Assembly: GCA_025358315.1 (NCBI GenBank)
Contig: JANYKA010000041.1
Location: forward strand, 1-61,944
Source of the DNA: Gemmatimonadota bacterium
GTDB lineage: Bacteria > Gemmatimonadota > Gemmatimonadetes > Gemmatimonadales > Gemmatimonadaceae
Direction: 5' to 3'
DNA: 61,944 nt
The translations under genes and the position numbers were made by a program. Below, piece after piece: positions 10,272-19,555 of this stretch (the first letter of the stretch is position 1; each line of letters starts with the position of its first letter). The notes under the pieces were generated by a model. It was given only the letters and a program-made list of their open reading frames with translations. It ran no database searches and was not told the origin of the DNA.

Positions 10272-12068
10272 TTGCAGCTCGACCGTATCCGCAACTTTTG
10301 TATTGTCGCACACATTGATCACGGCAAGTCCACGCTCGCGGACCGCCTGATTGAAGCCACGGGCATGCTCCAAAAGCGCGAAATGAAAGCCCAAGTGCTG
10401 GATACACTGGATCTCGAGCGCGAGCGCGGCATTACCATCAAATTGAATGCCGTTCGCATGAGCTACGACGCCAAGGACGGCGTTACGTACGAACTCAATC
10501 TCATTGATACACCGGGGCATGTGGACTTCACGTATGAAGTCTCGCGCTCTCTCGCCGCTTGCGAAGGCGCGATTCTCGTCGTCGATGCATCGCAGGGCAT
10601 TCAGGCTCAGACGTTGTCCAATCTCTTTTTGGCAATGGAAGCGGGCCTCGAAATTATTCCCATACTTAACAAGATCGATCTCCCTGGCGCCGAGCCGGAG
10701 AAACGCCGCGACGAAGTCGTCGGGCTGCTGGGTTGCAAGCCCGAAGACATTCTCTTCGTGAGCGCGAAAGAAGGCGTCGGCGTGCCCGAGCTCCTCGAAG
10801 AAATCGTCAAGAAAGTACCGCCGCCGAGTGGCAATCCGGCTGCACCGCTCCGGGCGCTCGTGTACGACTCGTATTACGACAAGTATCGTGGCGCCGTTCC
10901 GAGCATTCGCGTCGTGGACGGCACGATCAAGAAAGGCACGCGCATCACGTTCGGCACGAACGACGGGATCTATGAAGTGGCCGAGGTGGGCTACAATCAG
11001 CTGAGGCAGGTGCCGACTGACCAGCTCACCGCCGGCGAAGTAGGCTACGTCGTTGCAAGCGTTCGGTCGGTGAAAGAAACCCGCGCCGGTGACACGGTGT
11101 TCGACGCCGACAATCGTGCCGGCCAAGCGCTGCCGGGCTACCAAGCAGTGAAATCATTTGTCTTCGCCGGTGTCTATCCCACCGACACGCAGCAATACGA
11201 AGATCTTCGGGATGCACTCGAGCGGCTGCAATTGAACGACGCCTCATTGCAGTACGAGCCGGAAACGTCCACGGCACTGGGGTTCGGCTTTCGGTGTGGA
11301 TTCCTTGGTTTGCTGCACATGGAAATTGTGCAGGAGCGATTGGAGCGTGAATTCGATCTTGACTTGGTCACCACGGTCCCGAGCGTGGAGTACCACGTCT
11401 TCAAAACCGACGGCACCGAAATGCTCGTGGAAAATCCGGCACTCATGCCGCCGGCCTCGGTGATTGATTACATCGAAGAACCGTATGTGAAGGCGCGCAT
11501 CATGGTTCCCGCGGATTACATCGGACCGATCATGACCCTCGGCACCGATCGTCGGGGCGAATACAAGGGCATGCATTACATCGACACGGCGCGCGTGGAG
11601 ATCGACTGGGAGTTTCCGCTTGGTGAAATCATTCTCGATTTCTTCGATAAGTTGAAATCCATTTCGCGCGGCTACGCCTCACTCGACTATGAGATGTTGG
11701 GGTACCGGCGGAGCGATCTTGTGCGGCTCGACATGCTCATCAATGGCGACCCAATCGATGCCTTCTCGGTGATTATTCACGAGGCGAAGGCCTACGATTG
11801 GGGACGTAAAATTGCCGACAAACTCAAAGAATTAATTCCACGGCAGTTATTCGAAGTCGCAATTCAGGCCGCGATCGGATTGAAGGTGATCGCCCGCACG
11901 ACCGTGAAACCGCTGCGGAAAGACGTCCTGGCGAAGTGCTACGGCGGCGATATCTCGCGGAAGCGAAAGTTGCTGGAAAAGCAGAAAGAAGGAAAAAAGC
12001 GGATGAAGCAGGTTGGCTCGGTGGAGATTCCTCAAGAAGCATTCCTGGCGGTGTTGCAAGTCGAGTAG
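10272..12068 (+). CDS. lepA: translation elongation factor 4 (LepA)
   Basis: 598-aa ORF with a TTG start. GTPase motifs are [27 protein letters not shown] and NKIDL. The LepA C-terminal domain ends ...[13 protein letters not shown]. Confidence 0.95.
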   Translation: MQLDRIRNFCIVAHIDHGKSTLADRLIEATGMLQKREMKAQVLDTLDLERERGITIKLNAVRMSYDAKDGVTYELNLIDTPGHVDFTYEVSRSLAACEGAILVVDASQGIQAQTLSNLFLAMEAGLEIIPILNKIDLPGAEPEKRRDEVVGLLGCKPEDILFVSAKEGVGVPELLEEIVKKVPPPSGNPAAPLRALVYDSYYDKYRGAVPSIRVVDGTIKKGTRITFGTNDGIYEVAEVGYNQLRQVPTDQLTAGEVGYVVASVRSVKETRAGDTVFDADNRAGQALPGYQAVKSFVFAGVYPTDTQQYEDLRDALERLQLNDASLQYEPETSTALGFGFRCGFLGLLHMEIVQERLEREFDLDLVTTVPSVEYHVFKTDGTEMLVENPALMPPASVIDYIEEPYVKARIMVPADYIGPIMTLGTDRRGEYKGMHYIDTARVEIDWEFPLGEIILDFFDKLKSISRGYASLDYEMLGYRRSDLVRLDMLINGDPIDAFSVIIHEAKAYDWGRKIADKLKELIPRQLFEVAIQAAIGLKVIARTTVKPLRKDVLAKCYGGDISRKRKLLEKQKEGKKRMKQVGSVEIPQEAFLAVLQVE

Positions 12069-12072
12069 ACCC

Positions 12073-13104
12073 ATGACTTCTCTCGTCATACAGACAAGCT
12101 TTTTGGGCGACCTGGTGCTGACCACGCCGCTGCTCGCGGAGTTGGCGCTGCGCGGGCCTGTGGACGTCGTGGTGACTCCCGCGTCGGCACCTCTCTTGGC
12201 GAATCATCCGGCAGTGCGCGACGTGATTGTGTTTGACAAGCGCGGCGCCGACCGCGGATTGCTTGGGCTATGGCGATTCGCGCGCTCACTTCGCTCTCGC
12301 GAAAACGGCGAACCACGCACGATTACTGCGGCGTATCTGGCACAGGGTTCCGTCCGCAGCGCCGTGGTCGCACTAATCGCTGGAATTCGTGAACGGATTG
12401 GCTTTGACAGCTCGGCGGGGCGTCTGCTTTACTCACGCCGCGTTCACTATCGGGCTGACCAACACCACGCAGAACGGCTGTGGCGGCTCGCGGCTGGTGA
12501 TGCACCCAATCCGCTACCGGAAACGATTCGTCCACGCCTGTATCCCGGCGCGACCGAGCGCGCCGAGGTCGATACCCTGTTGCGGAACGTTCCGCGCGAC
12601 GGCGCTCCGATGCTGGCACTAGCACCGGGCAGCATATGGGGCACGAAACGCTGGCCCCACTTTGCGCCATTTGCGGCGCACATCGCGCCACTGTTCCGAA
12701 TTGTCGTCGTGGGTGGAAAGGATGACACCACACTTGCTACTGAAATCATTCGCGCGGCGGGCACCGAACGGGTAATCGATGCTACTGGACGTCTGTCGCT
12801 GCTTGCCAGCGCCGAGCTCATCGCGCGGTGTGCGGCCATCGTGACCAACGACTCGGCGCCTCAACATTTGGCGAGCGCCGTGGGGACACCAACGCTGACG
12901 ATTTACGGACCAACCGTGCCGGAATTCGGATTCGGACCGCTGGCGCCGCGCCACGCCACCATCGGTAATAGCAATCTTTCCTGCCGTCCGTGCCATCCGC
13001 ACGGTCCGCAGGTGTGCCCGTTGGCGCATTGGAAGTGCATGCGCGAGTTGGAAACCGGCCATATTGAAGCGGCACTGCACGAACTACTCCGCCTCCAAAA
13101 GTGA
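12073..13104 (+). CDS. glycosyltransferase family 9 (ADP-heptose:LPS heptosyltransferase-like)
   Basis: I trimmed the start to the ATG at 12073, 5 nt after the lepA stop. The N-terminus LVIQTSFLGDLVLTTPLL and the motif NDSAPQHLASAVGTPTLTIYG are typical of GT9. Confidence 0.8.
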   Translation: MTSLVIQTSFLGDLVLTTPLLAELALRGPVDVVVTPASAPLLANHPAVRDVIVFDKRGADRGLLGLWRFARSLRSRENGEPRTITAAYLAQGSVRSAVVALIAGIRERIGFDSSAGRLLYSRRVHYRADQHHAERLWRLAAGDAPNPLPETIRPRLYPGATERAEVDTLLRNVPRDGAPMLALAPGSIWGTKRWPHFAPFAAHIAPLFRIVVVGGKDDTTLATEIIRAAGTERVIDATGRLSLLASAELIARCAAIVTNDSAPQHLASAVGTPTLTIYGPTVPEFGFGPLAPRHATIGNSNLSCRPCHPHGPQVCPLAHWKCMRELETGHIEAALHELLRLQK

Positions 13105-13105
13105 A

Positions 13106-14098
13106 ATGACGCAGCCATCGAAAAAATACGTCGTCGGAGTAGATGTCGGCGGCACCAAACTCGCTGTTGGCGCGATGCCGTCTGATGGAAGCCGCGAAAT
13201 TGCCGTTCGGTCGGAGCTTACACTTGCCGCCGAGGGAGCCGACGCGGTCGTGGCACGCATTGGGCGGATTATCAATGAAGTCATTGCGGCGACAATGGCG
13301 GAAACAGGAGCCAGCCGCGACGCATTTCTCGGCGTTGGCATTGGATCACCAGGCCCACTCGATCGCGTGAAAGGACTAGTGATCACCACCCCAAATCTTG
13401 GCTGGACGAATTTTCCGTTGCGCGATCGCGTATCGGCTGAGGTGGGCCTGCCGGCGACGCTCGACAACGATGCGAACTGCGCCACCCTCGGCGAGTGGTG
13501 GGTTGGTGCCGCGAAAGGTGCACGTCACGTCGTTGGCATGACGATCGGCACCGGAATTGGCGGCGGGCTCATTCTCAATGGCGAGCTCTATCACGGCGCC
13601 AGCGATGTCGCGGGCGAGATCGGTCATACGACGATCGATTCCACGGGGCGCCGCTGCAAATGCGGCAACTATGGCTGTCTCGAGGCGTACGCATCGGGCC
13701 CCGCGACGGCAGAACGCGCGCGTGAAGCGCTTGCCGGCGGCGAGCCGTCGAGCCTTCTCGCGCTTTGCGGCGGTGATCCATCGAATATCACGGCGCAAAT
13801 GGTGTACGAAGCATCGAAAGCTGGTGATGCACTCGCGTATCAAGTGGTGCAGGAGACGGCTCGGTTCATCGGAACGGCAATCGCCAATCTCCTGAACATT
13901 TTCAATCCCGAGGTGGTGGTGCTGGCCGGAGGCGTTGTGCAGGCCGGGGATCAGCTCTTTGCGCCAGTGCGAGCCGAGGTGCGGCGCCGCGCGTTCAAAC
14001 CGGCGGTGGATGCGTGCCGAATCGTACCTGGGGCACTTGGCGGCTCTGCTGGCGTGGTTGGCGCAGTCGCGACCTTTCTCGCTCAGCATCCGGCATAA
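13106..14098 (+). CDS. ROK family sugar kinase (glucokinase-like)
   Basis: I trimmed the start to the ATG at 13106, 1 nt after the GT9 stop. The ATP-binding motif GVDVGGTKL and the ROK zinc motif CKCGNYGCLEAYAS are present. Confidence 0.85.
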   Translation: MTQPSKKYVVGVDVGGTKLAVGAMPSDGSREIAVRSELTLAAEGADAVVARIGRIINEVIAATMAETGASRDAFLGVGIGSPGPLDRVKGLVITTPNLGWTNFPLRDRVSAEVGLPATLDNDANCATLGEWWVGAAKGARHVVGMTIGTGIGGGLILNGELYHGASDVAGEIGHTTIDSTGRRCKCGNYGCLEAYASGPATAERAREALAGGEPSSLLALCGGDPSNITAQMVYEASKAGDALAYQVVQETARFIGTAIANLLNIFNPEVVVLAGGVVQAGDQLFAPVRAEVRRRAFKPAVDACRIVPGALGGSAGVVGAVATFLAQHPA

Positions 14099-14101
14099 GC
14101 C

Positions 14102-15109
14102 GTGGCCCGGCGAAAGCGGCTCGGCGTTATTGGCACATTTGTCTGGGACGTGATCCATGGGCGCGACACGCGCCGTGCGCCTATCGAGGAGTGGGGCGGC
14201 ATCACGTATTCGTTGAGCGCTTTCGACGCCGCCTTGCCCGCCGACTGGGAGCTGGTGCCTTTGGTGAAGGTCGGCGACGACCTTGCCGCGAGGGCGCGTG
14301 AGTTTCTGCGGGGCCTCCGACGGCTAGCACCCGACGCCGAGCCGATTGCCGTTCCCTTCCCGAACAACCGGGTTGAAATCTTTTATCACGACGCCGAGCG
14401 GCGGAGCGAAATTTTACGTGGCGGCGTTCCCAACTGGACCTGGCTCGGATTAAAGCCGCTCTTGGCCGACCTCGATGCGTTGTACGTCAACCTGCTGAGC
14501 GGATTCGAAATTGATCTCGAGACGGCTCAGCTGATTCGGCAACATTTCAAAGGGCCGATCTACTGCGACCTCCATTCGCTGGTGCTGGCGATCCAGCCGA
14601 GCGGATTGCGTACGTACCAACCGCTTCCCAACGCCGCCGCATGGTGCCGCTGTTTCGATTTTGTCCAAGTCAACGAAGACGAAATGTCAATGATGGCGGC
14701 GGACCCGATGTCGCTCGCGGCGACTGCACTGGCCAACGGCGTACAGTGCCTGACGGTCACGCTCGGCGCACGCGGCGTGGTGTATTTCGCCGCGCCGACG
14801 TTTGAACGGCTCGCTGACGTCCCTAAACGCGGTGTTTCTGCAGCAGCTCCTGATACAAAATTGGTAAGTCCGCAAGGGGGCCCAGTGCGCACCGCGTTAG
14901 TGCCGCCGCGCATTGCGCAAGTACCCGATGGCGGCGATCCCACTGGCTGTGGCGATGTATGGGGCGCAACTTATTTCTCTCGGCTCGTTGCAGGTGATAT
15001 TATGACTGAAGCGATTCGTGTCGCAGTTGAAGCGGCGGCGCGAAATGTCGAGCACCGGGGTGCTACCGGACTCGCTCACTATCTCCGGGGAGAACTGAGT
15101 CGCACGTGA
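14102..15109 (+). CDS. PfkB-family carbohydrate kinase
   Basis: 335-aa ORF with a GTG start 3 nt after the ROK stop. It carries the PfkB C-terminal signature DPTGCGDVWGATY (DxxGxGD). The substrate is unknown. Confidence 0.7.
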   Translation: MARRKRLGVIGTFVWDVIHGRDTRRAPIEEWGGITYSLSAFDAALPADWELVPLVKVGDDLAARAREFLRGLRRLAPDAEPIAVPFPNNRVEIFYHDAERRSEILRGGVPNWTWLGLKPLLADLDALYVNLLSGFEIDLETAQLIRQHFKGPIYCDLHSLVLAIQPSGLRTYQPLPNAAAWCRCFDFVQVNEDEMSMMAADPMSLAATALANGVQCLTVTLGARGVVYFAAPTFERLADVPKRGVSAAAPDTKLVSPQGGPVRTALVPPRIAQVPDGGDPTGCGDVWGATYFSRLVAGDIMTEAIRVAVEAAARNVEHRGATGLAHYLRGELSRT

Positions 15110-15999
15110 CTGCTGTCATTACCGTTCCTGCGTCGCTGGATGATCAATCGTTCGAGCAAGTGCTCGAACAGTTGACGCCGCACGCCCCGGAAACCAAGGT
15201 GATTATTGACGCGCGTCATTGCGCGTTCGCGTCGCCATTCGGACTGACGGCGCTCCTCACACTGGCCCAAACCCGGGTCGAAAAGGCGACGTTCCTGCCA
15301 CCGGAAGACGCCGATAAGGTGACGTACTGGGCGCGGGCCGGATTTTTCAAATACGCGCAGGAGTTATACGACGTTCAGGGTAACATCCCGCGTCCACGGT
15401 CGTCCGGAGAGAGTGACGTATTGCTCGAGGTGACGCCGGTGACAAAGAGCGAAGACGTGCACGACGTGGTCGAGCGCATCCAGACCCGCGCCGCCCAAAT
15501 ACTGACCAACAAACTCCATCTTGAGTCGCGGGCGACGATGGGGTTCACAATGGCGCTTTCCGAATCGTGTCAGAACATTGTCGAGCATGCGGGGCGAGGC
15601 GGTTGGGTGATGGTACAGGTGTACCAATACCGCAAACGCCTTGGCGGACGCTTTGTCGCGGTAATCGCCGTGTGCGACGCCGGCGTCGGCTTTCGGCATT
15701 CATTGGAGAGCGGGTCGCGGCGACCAGTGAGCGACCGATGGGACGACGGCATGGCGCTGGAAACCGCCGTGCTCAATGGAGTTAGCCGATTCAGCGAGAC
15801 GGGACGCGGACAAGGGCTCAAAGGCATCCGCGGCTACGTCCACCGCCGCGATGGTAAGTTCTCGGTTCGCAGCGGAACGTCGCGCATCGCTATTCTTCCG
15901 GGGTGGGATGATGATGTTCCGCGTCGCGACAATCTTTCGCCGTTTCCCGGCGCGCAGTTGCAAATCACAATTCCAGAAAAAGTGAGTGCCCAGCCATGA
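15106..15999 (+). CDS. GHKL-type ATPase (SpoIIAB/RsbW-like) with a STAS-like N-terminal region
   Basis: 297-aa ORF whose start forms a GTGA overlap with the PfkB stop. The N-terminal segment VIIDARHCAFASPFGLTALLTLAQ resembles a STAS domain. The C-terminal half carries an N-box (ESCQNIVEHAG), a G1 box (CDAGVGF) and a G2 box (GRGQGLKGI). Confidence 0.6.
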   Translation: MTAVITVPASLDDQSFEQVLEQLTPHAPETKVIIDARHCAFASPFGLTALLTLAQTRVEKATFLPPEDADKVTYWARAGFFKYAQELYDVQGNIPRPRSSGESDVLLEVTPVTKSEDVHDVVERIQTRAAQILTNKLHLESRATMGFTMALSESCQNIVEHAGRGGWVMVQVYQYRKRLGGRFVAVIAVCDAGVGFRHSLESGSRRPVSDRWDDGMALETAVLNGVSRFSETGRGQGLKGIRGYVHRRDGKFSVRSGTSRIAILPGWDDDVPRRDNLSPFPGAQLQITIPEKVSAQP

Positions 16000-16544
16000 C
16001 CCGGATTGACGTCGGCTCAGTGTTGCGGCATTCGGCTAACCTTCCGTACACGGATCTTGTCACGAGAACTACCGGCGCGGCAGTGCGGCGGTGTATCGAG
16101 ACCGAGCTCCAGTCGCTGCAGTCCGGCGATGTCGCGATGCTCGATTTCTCGCACATCGGGATGATGGACTACTCCTGCGCCGACGAAGTCGTCGCGAAGT
16201 TGCTCATTGCCCATGCCGACCACGACGCACCGATGGGATTTTTCGTATTCCACGGTATCACGGACGCCCATCTTGAGGCAATCGAAGAAGTGCTTGACCA
16301 TCACGGCCTCGCGCTGGTCGTGCATTTCGCCGACGGCGGAGCGCGACTGGTGGGCACGGTGAGTGACGCCGAGCGGAGTGCGTGGAATCATGTCTATCTT
16401 CGCGGCCCGTCCGCGGCAGAAGAGCTGGCAACGGCAGTTGGTGGCGAGAACGTGGATATGGCACCGGTACTCGATTCACTTTTGCGGCGCCGGCTGCTCC
16501 GGCTGGAAGGTGCCGCCTACGTTCCCGTCGGCCCATTGCAGTAG
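15996..16544 (+). CDS. STAS-like (DUF4325-type) domain protein with a probable C-terminal winged helix
   Basis: 182-aa ORF with an ATGA overlap with the upstream gene. The N-terminal LVTRTTGAAVRRCIE...VAMLDFSHIGMMDYSCADEVVAKLL matches the DUF4325/STAS-like pattern as I remember it. The C-terminal ...SAAEELATAVGGENVDMAPVLDSLLRRRLLRLEG looks like a wHTH. Confidence 0.55.
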   Translation: MTRIDVGSVLRHSANLPYTDLVTRTTGAAVRRCIETELQSLQSGDVAMLDFSHIGMMDYSCADEVVAKLLIAHADHDAPMGFFVFHGITDAHLEAIEEVLDHHGLALVVHFADGGARLVGTVSDAERSAWNHVYLRGPSAAEELATAVGGENVDMAPVLDSLLRRRLLRLEGAAYVPVGPLQ

Positions 16545-16843
16545 TGGCGTACAATCCGCCGCTGCAGGTCGTGGGATTTATCGCCACGCGCTCCGCAGAT
16601 ACCGAGCGCGGCCCGCTGATCCGGATTCGTAGCGACGAGGCGCGACTGCGCGGTGTGACCAATCAGGAACTGGTCTGGGTGTATGGACCGCGCCGGCACG
16701 ACCTCGCGCCGATCGAAATCGATGATTCTATTCCGCGGGGCGGCGTCGTCGTTCGCGACCTCGCCGGACTCGCCCCGACGGAAATTGTCCGCCTCGTGAA
16801 AGTCGACACCGACCGCCCCATGCTCCCGTCTTCGATCGTCTAA
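16544..16843 (+). CDS. small stand-alone double-psi beta-barrel protein (molybdopterin-dinucleotide-binding / ADC-like fold)
   Basis: I trimmed the ORF 16382-16843 to the GTG at 16544, which overlaps the upstream TAG by 1 nt, giving a 99-aa product. The pattern LIRIRSDEARLRGVTNQELVWVYGPRRHDLAPIEIDDSIPRGGVVV resembles the C-terminal barrel of MopB enzymes. Confidence 0.5.
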   Translation: MAYNPPLQVVGFIATRSADTERGPLIRIRSDEARLRGVTNQELVWVYGPRRHDLAPIEIDDSIPRGGVVVRDLAGLAPTEIVRLVKVDTDRPMLPSSIV

Positions 16844-16856
16844 GAGGTCTTTTCCC

Positions 16857-18014
16857 ATGAGCAAGAAAAAAGTCGCGCACGGCTTCGCCACGATTGCAAT
16901 TCACGGTGGCGCCGATCCGCACCATCCTGGCGACCCGGTCGCGCCGCCGCTGTTCCAGTCGGTGAACTACATCCAGGAAGTTGGCACGGCCGCCGGCCTC
17001 ATGTACTCGCGTTATGGCAATACCCCGAACGCCGAGCGGTTGCAGAAACGGCTGGCGATGCTGGAAGGGTCGGAAGCGTCGTTGGTGCTGAGCAGTGGCA
17101 TGGGCGCGACCGCCTGCGCCATGCTCGCCCTGCTTCGCCCGGGCGATCACTTGCTGGCCAGCGCCTATATCTATGGCGGCACGCATCGATTGTTCACGGA
17201 AGAGTTCGTCCGCCACGGCATTGACGTCACGTTGGTGGATCCGCTCGAGCCACGGGCTTGGCGTAAACGACTCCGCAAAGAAACGCGGGCGATTTTTGTC
17301 GAGAGCCCGGTGAATCCCACCTGCCGCGTCCTCGACCTCCGGCCCATTTCGTATTTGACAAAAGAAATCGGACTGGCGCTCGTCGTCGACTCAACCTTCG
17401 CGAGCCCCGTCAACTTTCGCCCGCTTGAACATGGCGCCGACGTGGTCATTCATTCGGCCACCAAGTTCCTCAACGGCCATCACGACGTACTGAGTGGCGT
17501 GGTGTGCGGCACTGAGCAGTACATCCAGGAAGTGCTCAATAAAATGATGGTCTGGGGTCAGGCACCCGATCCGTTCGCCATGTGGCTACTGGAGCGCGGG
17601 CTCAAGACCCTCGACGTTCGCGTGCGCCGCCAGAATGACAACACCACGCGAATCGCGCATTGGTGCGCCGAACGCAAAGAAATCCGAAAAGTTCACTTCC
17701 CCGGCCTCACAGAGCATCCCGATCACGAAATCGCCCGCGCCATGCTCGACGGATTCGGCAGTATGATGGCGATCGAGCTCGTCGGCGGCGGCAAGGTGAC
17801 GGACAAGTTTTTGCGCAAACTGAAGCTCATTCAGCATGCGGCCAGCCTTGGTGGAGTCGATTCATTGGTGTGCGAGCCGCGGTATACGTCGCACGCGGCC
17901 ATGACCAGCGACGAGCGCGCCCGCATAGGGATTCCCGACGGGTTCCTGCGGCTCAGCATTGGCATTGAAGACGCCGACGACATCATCGCCGACATCGAAC
18001 AGGCACTCAAGTAA
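16857..18014 (+). CDS. Cys/Met-metabolism PLP-dependent enzyme (cystathionine gamma-synthase/lyase family)
   Basis: 385-aa ORF with the PLP-lysine motif SATKFLNGHHDVLSG and the C-terminal motif RLSIGIED, both typical of this family. Confidence 0.9.
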   Translation: MSKKKVAHGFATIAIHGGADPHHPGDPVAPPLFQSVNYIQEVGTAAGLMYSRYGNTPNAERLQKRLAMLEGSEASLVLSSGMGATACAMLALLRPGDHLLASAYIYGGTHRLFTEEFVRHGIDVTLVDPLEPRAWRKRLRKETRAIFVESPVNPTCRVLDLRPISYLTKEIGLALVVDSTFASPVNFRPLEHGADVVIHSATKFLNGHHDVLSGVVCGTEQYIQEVLNKMMVWGQAPDPFAMWLLERGLKTLDVRVRRQNDNTTRIAHWCAERKEIRKVHFPGLTEHPDHEIARAMLDGFGSMMAIELVGGGKVTDKFLRKLKLIQHAASLGGVDSLVCEPRYTSHAAMTSDERARIGIPDGFLRLSIGIEDADDIIADIEQALK

Positions 18015-18017
18015 CGG

Positions 18018-18710
18018 ATGATTCGATTTACCCACGTCACCAAAGTCTTTCCACGCACGGGCACGGCGCTCAGTGACGTGTCGTTGCACGTCAGCAAGGG
18101 CGAGTTTGTGTTTCTCACCGGCCCCAGCGGCGCTGGCAAGAGCACCATTCTCAAATTGATTTTTCTCGAAGAACGGCCGACCAACGGAGAAGTAAAAGTC
18201 GGCAACATCAGCTCGGCGACGGCGCGCGGGCGCGACGTTCCGCGCCTGCGCCGGAAACTCGGCGTGGTGTTTCAGGATTTTCGCCTGCTCGAAGACCGAA
18301 CCGTCGAAGCCAATGTCGCCTTCGCGCTCGAAGTCACCGGCGCGCCTCAGTCCGTGATCGGTCCCAAAGTGAGCCGCCTCCTGACGCAGGTTGGACTCGG
18401 CGCAAAAGCCACGGCGCTCCCCCGCGAACTCTCTGGCGGTGAACAGCAGCGGGTGGCCATCGCCCGGGCGCTGGCCAACGATCCGCAGGTGCTCATTGCC
18501 GACGAGCCCACCGGCAATCTCGACGACCGGGCCACTCGCGGAGTGCTACAACTGTTGCGCGACATCAACAGCGCCGGCACTGCCATCATGATGGCAACCC
18601 ACGACCTCGAACTGACAAAGCGCGAAGGGTTCCGGGTGCTGGAAGTCAATCGCGGCCTGCTCGTCTTTGACTCGGCAGATCCGAACGGATCGGCCAAGGC
18701 GGGCACATGA
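18018..18710 (+). CDS. ftsE: cell-division ABC transporter ATP-binding protein FtsE
   Basis: 230-aa ORF with Walker A (GPSGAGKST), signature (LSGGEQQRVAIARAL) and Walker B (LIADEPTGNLD). It is followed by ftsX. Confidence 0.9.
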   Translation: MIRFTHVTKVFPRTGTALSDVSLHVSKGEFVFLTGPSGAGKSTILKLIFLEERPTNGEVKVGNISSATARGRDVPRLRRKLGVVFQDFRLLEDRTVEANVAFALEVTGAPQSVIGPKVSRLLTQVGLGAKATALPRELSGGEQQRVAIARALANDPQVLIADEPTGNLDDRATRGVLQLLRDINSAGTAIMMATHDLELTKREGFRVLEVNRGLLVFDSADPNGSAKAGT

Positions 18711-19555
18711 GACTCGCCTGGCGTGAAGCCCTGCTCGCCTTTCGGCGTGCGCCCGTTTTGAGCGCACTCAGCGTGACCACCATCGCCTTCTCGCTGTTCG
18801 CGTTCGGGTTGTTCGGGCTGGTGGCGCTGAACATCCGACATGCGCTCGTTCAGGTCGAGGAGCGGGTCGAGGTGCGCGCATTCATTGTCGATGGCACGCC
18901 TGCCGAGGTCACGAGCACGGCGCTGGGTGATATTGCGGCGTTCCCCGAGGTGTTGTCGGCGAAAATGGTCTCGCCGGAACAAGCATTGGAGCGCGCCCGC
19001 AAGGAACTCGGTGAATTCAGTGACGTGTTTGATCCCGGCATTCTCCCGGCGTCGATCGATGTGCGCTTGAAAGAAGGGCATCGCGATCCGACCACCGTGA
19101 AGGCGGTCGCCGAACGCATTCGCACCTATGATTTTATTGACGACGTCCGGTTCGGCGAAGAATGGGTGGAAAAGTTGTACCGCATTCGCACCCTCGCCAC
19201 ACTCGTGGGCATTGTCCTTGGGCTGACGTTCGCGTTGGTCGCCGTCATCATTATTGGATCGACGATTCGCATGGCCGTGCTGGCGCGGGCCCGCGAGATA
19301 TCAGTGATGCGACTCGTTGGGGCCACCGACGGATTCATTCGCAGCCCGTTCCTGATTGAAGGTGCGCTCAAAGGGCTGCTGGGCGGCCTCTTGGCACTCG
19401 CCCTCTCGGCAGCGGCGAATGCAGTAATCAGCAAGTTTGTTTTTCGCGCCGATTTCTTCGACGCAAAATTCGCCGTAGCGGGCGTGCTGGCCGGCGCGCT
19501 GATCGGGCTGCTCGGCAGCGCCGTGTCAGTAGGCCGGCATTTGCGCGACGTGTGA
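18707..19555 (+). CDS. ftsX: cell-division permease-like protein FtsX
   Basis: 282-aa ORF with an ATGA overlap with ftsE. The topology is one N-terminal TM helix, a large periplasmic loop and three C-terminal TM helices. Confidence 0.85.
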   Translation: MRLAWREALLAFRRAPVLSALSVTTIAFSLFAFGLFGLVALNIRHALVQVEERVEVRAFIVDGTPAEVTSTALGDIAAFPEVLSAKMVSPEQALERARKELGEFSDVFDPGILPASIDVRLKEGHRDPTTVKAVAERIRTYDFIDDVRFGEEWVEKLYRIRTLATLVGIVLGLTFALVAVIIIGSTIRMAVLARAREISVMRLVGATDGFIRSPFLIEGALKGLLGGLLALALSAAANAVISKFVFRADFFDAKFAVAGVLAGALIGLLGSAVSVGRHLRDV

